DNA of 64,000 nucleotides from an uncultured Bilophila sp. (GTDB lineage Bacteria; Desulfobacterota; Desulfovibrionia; Desulfovibrionales; Desulfovibrionaceae): NCBI RefSeq assembly GCF_902373525.1, contig NZ_CABKMN010000005.1; one strand, 5' to 3'. Shown piece by piece: positions 58,508 to 64,000 of this stretch (position 1 is its first letter; each line of letters starts with the position of its first letter). The notes under the pieces were generated by a model. It saw only the letters and a program-made list of their open reading frames with translations, ran no database searches and was not told where the DNA came from. The position numbers and the translations under genes were made by a program.

Positions 58508-58981
58508 ATGAACGAACACTACGACACCCACGCCGTCATCGCCCTGATCGCCTCCATCCGCGAACAGGCCAATCTGTTTCTTGTCCGCGCCCTCTCGGAA
58601 CGCGGCATCACGGACCTTCTGCCCGCCCACGGGGCCGTCCTGAACGCCTTGTTTCAGCGGAGCCCCGTCCAGATGAACGAGCTGGCGGAAGCCATCGGTC
58701 GAAAAAAGAACACCGTCACCGGCCTGATCAAGACGCTTGAGGAACGGGGCTACTGCCGCCGGGAACCCGATCCGCAGGACGCCCGAGCGCAGCTTGTCGC
58801 CCTGACGGACAAGGGCGAAACCGTCCGCGCGGAACAGGCGGCCATTTCCGAAAACCTGCTGAAACGAGTGTGGGAAGGCGTCGGGGAACCGGAACGGCAA
58901 TCCTGCGTCGACGTCCTCCGCACCATCCTCCGCAACCTGCGGGATGCCGCCGATACGCCGCAGACGCGGGAACGCCTCTAG
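58508..58981 (+). CDS. MarR-family transcriptional regulator
   Basis: 157 aa with winged HTH (MNELAEAIGRKKNTVTGLIKTLEERGYCRREPDPQDARAQLVALTDKG). Confidence 0.8.
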   Translation: MNEHYDTHAVIALIASIREQANLFLVRALSERGITDLLPAHGAVLNALFQRSPVQMNELAEAIGRKKNTVTGLIKTLEERGYCRREPDPQDARAQLVALTDKGETVRAEQAAISENLLKRVWEGVGEPERQSCVDVLRTILRNLRDAADTPQTRERL

Positions 58982-59052
58982 CCCACCCTTTCCGCAAACG
59001 CCGCACCCGTCCGGTGCGCCTCAAAACCGTATGCCAACCCAAGGAGGGCATC

Positions 59053-59469
59053 ATGGAACAGTCCACCGAGAAACAGCAACTGCTCGACACCGTCGACCTG
59101 TACCGCCGCTCCATCATTCACGCGGACGATCCGTCGCTTGCGGAACAGGTTTGGGCGGATACGCCGGACGTATCCTTTACCCACCCGCGCGGGCACGCAT
59201 CCGGGTGGCAGGCGATCAGGCGGAACTTCTACGGCAAGACGATGGGAGAGACGTTTTCAAAACGGGAACTCACGCTGGTCGGTACGCCCGTGATCCAGCT
59301 TTACGGAGACGCCGCGGTGGTTGAATTCGAATGGGATTTCGTGGCGACCGTGCGCGCGGACGGCAGCCTGCGGCATACGACCGGGCGCGAAAGTCAGGTC
59401 TACGTGAAGCGGCCCGAAGGCTGGCGTCTCGTACACGTCCACTATTCCGGACCGGCAACCACCGCCTGA
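59053..59469 (+). CDS. NTF2-like/SnoaL-like domain protein (DUF4440-like)
   Basis: AAGGAGG RBS then ATG at 59053. 138 aa with the cone-shaped alpha+beta NTF2 pattern (LLDTVDLYRRSIIHADDPSLAEQVWADTPDVSFTHPRG...VEFEWDFVATVRADGS...WRLVHVHYS). Confidence 0.65.
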   Translation: MEQSTEKQQLLDTVDLYRRSIIHADDPSLAEQVWADTPDVSFTHPRGHASGWQAIRRNFYGKTMGETFSKRELTLVGTPVIQLYGDAAVVEFEWDFVATVRADGSLRHTTGRESQVYVKRPEGWRLVHVHYSGPATTA

Positions 59470-59592
59470 GCGTCCCCACGGCAACGAAACAAGCAACGGC
59501 GCGGCGCACGTCTTTCCGATGCGCCGCGCCGTCGGCACGTTGCCGTCTCAACGGACAGGGGCCGCCCCCTGCCCGGACGATCCCGACCGTTC

Positions 59593-60210
59593 TCAGTTCC
59601 GCTGCAAGCCGATCCTGTGCAGCCACGAGGTGACGTCGCCCTGCGCGTGACCGGATGCGCCGCCTCTGATCGCCAGCCCGTCCAGCACCGTGGCCTTCGG
59701 GCACAGTTCCCGGATATGGGACACGCTGCGTCCGAGTCCGCTGCCCTCATGGGTCATGAACGGCGCGATTGTCTTGCCGGAAAAATCGTACTCGGACAGG
59801 AAAGTGATGACCGGAGTGGCCACCGTGCCCCACCAGCAGGGCGAGCCCACCACCACGACGTCGTACGCCCCGAATCCCTCGATCTTCGTCTTCAGCGGCG
59901 GCTTGAACCCGGTTTCCAGTTCCCGCCGGGCCTGCTCCGTGGTGGCGCGGTAGGCTTCCGGATACGGCTGCACGGTCTGAAGCTCCACGATGTCGCCGCC
60001 GAGCTGCCTGCGGATTTCCTCCGCCACGGCGCGCGTGTTGCCGGTACGGGAGTAGTATACGGTCAGTATCTTGAGGCTGCCGGGATCGGCGGCGAAAGCC
60101 GTCCCCGGAAGCAGCCGGGACGCCAGCCCTACAAACGCTCCGGCAAAGGCCGACTTCAGGATATTCCGTCTGGACAGGATGATTTCATTGTTGCGCGTAT
60201 GCTTGCTCAT
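59593..60210 (-). CDS. Tat-exported flavodoxin-family protein
   Basis: ATG at 60210. Twin-arginine signal MSKHTRNNEIILSRRNILKSAFAGAFVGLASRLLPGTAFAA. Flavodoxin-like core (KILTVYYSRTGNTRAVAEEI, VVVGSPCWWGTVATPV). Confidence 0.8.
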   Translation of the reverse strand: MSKHTRNNEIILSRRNILKSAFAGAFVGLASRLLPGTAFAADPGSLKILTVYYSRTGNTRAVAEEIRRQLGGDIVELQTVQPYPEAYRATTEQARRELETGFKPPLKTKIEGFGAYDVVVVGSPCWWGTVATPVITFLSEYDFSGKTIAPFMTHEGSGLGRSVSHIRELCPKATVLDGLAIRGGASGHAQGDVTSWLHRIGLQRN

Positions 60211-60312
60211 AGCGATTTCCCTCTGGGTAACGACGTTCCTTGATGGAGTTTTCCGACTCCATCTCCTTGATGAAACGAACATACCCGGAGCCATCGCCGA
60301 AAGGGAGATACG

Positions 60313-60345
60313 ATCCTCTTTATTCTTTGCCTGATTCTTTCACGA
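60313..60345 (-). promoter_or_regulatory. Conserved upstream motif, copy B, ~105 nt before the Tat-flavodoxin gene
   Basis: See copy A. Same orientation relative to the downstream gene. Confidence 0.45.
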
Positions 60346-61163
60346 GGCCGCTCCGTACAAGACCGTCATACCCCTGACACATGCCGAACGGAGCGCTCCG
60401 GCATCTTCCCAATCGGGCATCCCGCACGCCTCCCGGTCCGGGGTCCCGCATCAACGCCTCTCCTGCCGGCCATGACGGAAAAAAAGAATCTGTATGACCG
60501 TGACCAGTACGGCTACGCCGTTACATATCTTTTCCGGCGGCAGAGCAACGACGATCTCGACTTTGATGCGGGTCCCGCGAAAGACGGGGAGGCTGGTCAA
60601 CGTATAGATAACATAGAGGAAAAAACGAGAAATCTCTTCTGTCCACGCCAAACCGGTATGGAAGATGTAATGGACAACGATCTGGATGAAAAGCTCCAGA
60701 TAAGCAGCGCCAGTACCGTATTGGCCACGGAGAGTTCAACGTTTGTTCAAAAAATACTGGACTATAGCTCTCCTATCCCCGTGGAGGGACACTCCATGCC
60801 TTTTGCGGCATGACGTGCGTAACCGAACGTGTTCGATACCGCTCCGGAGCGCTCCCTGCCCCGCCGGTTCCGTACAGCATCCCGCGGCGTCTCCCACTGC
60901 GGTCGGTCATGCCTTCGCTATCTTTGGACCATCGGCAACCATTCCCGAAAGCCGATGCCCCATCCAATATTTGGATAAAAATCCAACGAATAGACAACAG
61001 TCCTATTTGCTGACGGACTTCCTACTCGCAAACAAGATAACCAAGAAAGCTCGCAGGACTCCCTCAGTCCTAAGCGAAGATAACGGGGTCGGGCCGTGGC
61101 GACCCTCTATGCCGAAGGACAACTCATTCTTCTGGAATAGTTTCCCACATCCGAACTTCGGCG

Positions 61164-61205
61164 GAGAAAAAAGAAAAGGGCTATAGCCATCAAGCTATAA
61201 CCCTT
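61164..61205 (-). terminator. Terminator downstream of tRNA-Leu
   Basis: Minus strand: AAGGGTTATAGC-ttgatg-GCTATAGCCCTT followed by TTCTTTTTTCTCC. Confidence 0.5.
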
Positions 61206-61211
61206 AAAATA

Positions 61212-61298
61212 TGGTGCCGAAGGGGAGATTTGAACTCCCACGGGGGAACCCCCACTAGACCCTGAACCTAGCGTGTCTACCAATTCCACCACTTCGGC
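61212..61298 (-). tRNA. tRNA-Leu (anticodon CAG)
   Basis: 87 nt (minus strand) GCCGAAGTGGTGGAATTGGTAGACACGCTAGGTTCAGGGTCTAGTGGGGGTTCCCCCGTGGGAGTTCAAATCTCCCCTTCGGCACCA. Acceptor GCCGAAG/CTTCGGC. Anticodon stem CTAGG/TCTAG with loop TTCAGGG. Long variable arm. T-arm GGGAG-TTCAAAT-CTCCC. Parallels E. coli tRNA-Leu(CAG). Confidence 0.85.
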
Positions 61299-61748
61299 GC
61301 GAAAAGACTTCTAGCGAAAACGAGGACGCTTGGCAAGCGTTTTTTTGCGGGAACGGACAAAAAAGACCAGACTCGGCATACCGATCTCAAAAGTATCTGT
61401 AGAAATAGACCATTAGCATCAAGTTCGGTTCCCCTCGACCTCCGGGGTTTCCCTTTCCAGTAAAAGCGTGCGGAGCCGCGGCTCCTTCTCCCCCCACGTC
61501 CATTTCTCCGTACCGCATTGTTGGGCTTCTGCGGGCCGCTCCGGTCATCCGTTCTCTCCTCGGAGGAGGCATTTCGGGGCGATTGCCCTTTTCTATGAAC
61601 GACGGTCCGTTACGCCGCATCAGCCCGACGTCAAAATATTTTGACAAAAAAACGGTGGGGTGTTCGCGCCGAATGCGGTATGAGGCGGGTTTCCGCGTTG
61701 CGGCGTCCGCCGTTTCGCGCCACCTTCTTACAACGAGTTTCAACGATC

Positions 61749-63146
61749 ATGCGACGGATAGTGTGGAGCCTGATTTCCCTGTGCCTTGTCCTGTTCAGCC
61801 TCGCCCTGCTCTTTCGGTTCGACGACGCGGAGCGGTTCCTGCCCGATCCGCTGGAAAGGCTGGTTTCCGGCGTGGAGGAAATCCTTTCCCCGTCTCCCGA
61901 ACACGCTCTGGACGCGTTGCTCGCTGAGGAAAAGCAGGACGACGAGGCCAATGACGACTCGGATCAAGAAGCCGAGGTCTACGAGGCCAATCCCCGGTAT
62001 ACCGTGGAACAGGACCCCGAGAGAGGCGAAATCCTCCGCAGCGACGTGCAGCAGGGCGACACGGCCGGAAAAATCCTCGGAGAATGGCTGGACGCCAACG
62101 ATCTGGCCGAACTGCTCGCCGCCGCCAAGCCGGTATACGCGCTGACCAAAGTCCGGTTCGGGCAACCCTTCGCCGTGCTCCGCGATCCCCGGACCAAGGC
62201 GTTCCGGTGTTTCAAGTACGAAATCAATCAGGAAAAATACCTTATCGTCGAGAAGAAGGACGACCGTTTCGCCGCGCGTCTTGAGGAAATCGACTACCAG
62301 ACCTCACTGGCGGTGGTCAAAGGGACTATCAGCACCACGCTCTCGGAAGCCGTTGCGGAACAGGGCGAAAACGTGGCCCTCGCCATCGCGCTCGCGCACG
62401 TCTTCGCCTCGGAAATCAACTTCATCTCGGACCTGCGAAAAGGCGACGCCTTCGAGGTACTGGTGGAAAAGCGTTTCCGGCACGACGCGTTCGAAGGCTA
62501 CGGACGCGTGCTCGGAGCGAAGTTCACCAACCAGAACAAGCCGCACGCCGCCTATCTCTTCCTCAACGAGCGCGGGCGGGAAACCTACTACAACGCCCAA
62601 GGCGACAACCTGCACCGAGAACTGTTGAAAGCGCCGCTCTCCTTCCTGCGCGTGACGTCGCGCTACAGCATGGCCCGCAGGCATCCCGTCTTCGGCAAGG
62701 TCCGGCCCCATCAGGGCATCGACTACGGCGCGCCCACGGGGACGCCGATCATGGCGGTGGGCGACGGCGTCATCAGCAGCATCGGGCGGGCAGGCGGCTA
62801 CGGCAAGCAGATCATCATCCGACACGACAACGGGCTGGAGTCCCTGTACGGGCACATGTCGCGTTTCGCCAAGACCATGAAGAACGGCAAACGGGTACGG
62901 CAGGGGCAGACCATCGGCTATGTGGGCGCGACCGGCACGGCGACCGGGCCGCATCTGGATTTCCGCATCCGCAAAAACGGGGCCTTCGTGAACCCGGACA
63001 AGCTGATCATTCCTCGGGATCGCGGGCTGGAGAAGCGGCGCATGGCGGACTACAAGGCCGTGGCCAGTGCCGTGGACGGTTATCTTGAAGGCCGGAAGCC
63101 TCTTGCGGGGTACGACCCGGATGCGTGGTTCGGGGACGAAGAGTAA
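61749..63146 (+). CDS. M23-family metallopeptidase (N-terminal membrane anchor plus OapA/LysM-like region plus C-terminal M23 domain)
   Basis: Start MRRIVWSLISLCLVLFSLALLF (TM anchor). M23 motifs HQGIDYGAPTGTPIMAVGDG (HxxxD) and GYVGATGTATGPHLDFRI (HxH). Confidence 0.85.
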   Translation: MRRIVWSLISLCLVLFSLALLFRFDDAERFLPDPLERLVSGVEEILSPSPEHALDALLAEEKQDDEANDDSDQEAEVYEANPRYTVEQDPERGEILRSDVQQGDTAGKILGEWLDANDLAELLAAAKPVYALTKVRFGQPFAVLRDPRTKAFRCFKYEINQEKYLIVEKKDDRFAARLEEIDYQTSLAVVKGTISTTLSEAVAEQGENVALAIALAHVFASEINFISDLRKGDAFEVLVEKRFRHDAFEGYGRVLGAKFTNQNKPHAAYLFLNERGRETYYNAQGDNLHRELLKAPLSFLRVTSRYSMARRHPVFGKVRPHQGIDYGAPTGTPIMAVGDGVISSIGRAGGYGKQIIIRHDNGLESLYGHMSRFAKTMKNGKRVRQGQTIGYVGATGTATGPHLDFRIRKNGAFVNPDKLIIPRDRGLEKRRMADYKAVASAVDGYLEGRKPLAGYDPDAWFGDEE

Positions 63147-63395
63147 GCGGCGGGGGAAGAGAGGGGGGAAGGAGACGCCTCCGGCGGCCGGGCTGCCGCC
63201 CGGACCTGCGCCTCCCGGCAGGCCGGGGGGAATGATTCCCCCCGGACCCCCTCGGATAGGGAACTGCCGGGGAAAAGGTGACTTTCATCGGTACGACTTA
63301 TCTTTTTCTCTTTTCTATTATGATAAGCGAGGAAATGTGCCGTTTCATGGGCCGAGCGGAGGGTATTGAGAGGCGTTCGACAATGTTGCAATCGG

Positions 63396-63950
63396 TTATG
63401 AAAGCACCATTTTCTTCTCGCCGGCCTGATAGACGGCGGAGAGTTCCGCGTACAGGCGGCTGATGTGCTCGAAGCGCACCGCGGCTTCCGGGGTTTCGCA
63501 CAGGCTCATCACCGGGCGGCTGGTGTAATAGCTGGAATCCTCGGCGGGGCTGGTGCAATGGAACAGTTCCCGGATCATCTTCTGGTCGTGGGGGATGTTG
63601 AAGTCCTTGCTCGTGTTTTCGTAGCCGAACAGGTAATACAGTTCGGGAAACCCGCTCCACGCGATGGCCGAGGCGCACATGCAGCAGGGCTGATGCGTAG
63701 CCAGAAAAAGGCAGTCCTTGGGATCGGGGTGGCCCTGCAATTCCCAGAACTGCTTGATCGCGTAGACCTCGCCGTGCCAGAGCGGCGAAAAGGCCTCCAT
63801 GTTGGTTTCGGCGAGCACAAGCGACAGATCGTCCCTGCGCAGCACCGCCGCGCCGAACACCTTGCAGCCGATGGCCACGCGCTTGCGGGTGAGGGGCGCG
63901 ATATCGTATTCAATGACGTCCATCAGACGACGAAACAACGTCTCCTGCAT
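63396..63950 (-). CDS. CMP/dCMP-type zinc deaminase (nucleoside/tRNA-adenosine/guanine deaminase-like)
   Basis: AGGAGA RBS. Zinc motifs HGEVYAI (H[AC]E) and PCCMCASAI (PCxxC). 184 aa. Confidence 0.8.
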   Translation of the reverse strand: MQETLFRRLMDVIEYDIAPLTRKRVAIGCKVFGAAVLRRDDLSLVLAETNMEAFSPLWHGEVYAIKQFWELQGHPDPKDCLFLATHQPCCMCASAIAWSGFPELYYLFGYENTSKDFNIPHDQKMIRELFHCTSPAEDSSYYTSRPVMSLCETPEAAVRFEHISRLYAELSAVYQAGEKKMVLS

Positions 63951-64000
63951 TGTTTTTCTCCTATAGTAATGAGGGGGGCGGCATCCGGCGGACGGCGTCT

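Noticed and set aside
58187-58900. 237-aa minus-strand ORF overlapping the MarR gene, and 58091-58414(+)
   Set aside because: No motifs or RBS. MarR on the plus strand is well supported
60743-61186. 147-aa ORF upstream of tRNA-Leu
   Set aside because: Translation is Pro/Ser/Arg-rich without hydrophobic core or motifs and overlaps the tRNA terminator. Likely non-coding

Overview
High-GC (about 62-65%) chromosomal segment, gene content consistent with a sulfate-reducer/Desulfovibrionaceae-like deltaproteobacterium. The core genome is interrupted at 21.8-33.7 kb by a low-GC integrative mobilizable island of about 11.9 kb, inserted in the 3' end of a tRNA-Glu gene.

Core genes, left to right:
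- metI (C-terminal fragment) and metQ
- YoaK-like membrane protein; GGDEF diguanylate cyclase; tehA
- WYL regulator, nitroreductase, EamA exporter
- azlCD (minus strand) and a small DUF2829/Tad2-like ORF
- aldA plus benzaldehyde-DH-like ALDH plus XylB-like aryl-alcohol dehydrogenase
- a polytopic membrane LuxR-type regulator next to an orphan TRAP solute-binding protein
- TerC-CBS-CorC membrane protein
- tRNA-Gln and tRNA-Glu

The island has a 48-bp direct repeat of the tRNA 3' half at both ends and integrase arm-type repeats near both ends. It carries:
- a P4-type tyrosine integrase plus an older integrase fragment
- a Fic protein with an in-frame amber codon
- an unknown 2-TM coiled-coil protein, an AlpA regulator and a Toprim/SF3 primase-helicase
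- a GGTGACA iteron array and a frameshifted MobV relaxase
- a serine recombinase, a lipoprotein and a tiny hydrophobic peptide
- a C-terminal TIR-domain protein with a novel N-terminal domain, the best candidate for an undescribed antiphage/NADase system

Downstream core:
- NodT-MFP-RND efflux operon, UshA-like 5'-nucleotidase lipoprotein, SDR
- a 947-aa secreted amidohydrolase with a C-terminal sorting-signal-like tail
- a NarL-type RR / family-5 SBP / NarX-type HK module whose kinase ORF is split by an (AG)9 dinucleotide tract (candidate phase variation); a second (AG)9 lies in a 700-nt intergenic region
- galE, a small membrane protein, a Mtr/TyrP-family aromatic amino-acid permease, a DHA2 MFS transporter, trpS
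- a small secreted protein, MarR, an NTF2-like protein, a Tat-exported flavodoxin, tRNA-Leu(CAG), M23 peptidase, CMP/dCMP-type deaminase

A conserved 32-nt motif containing direct AGGATC repeats lies upstream of the two secreted-protein genes. Many long ORFs on the opposite strand of real genes are GC-rich shadow ORFs and were ignored.
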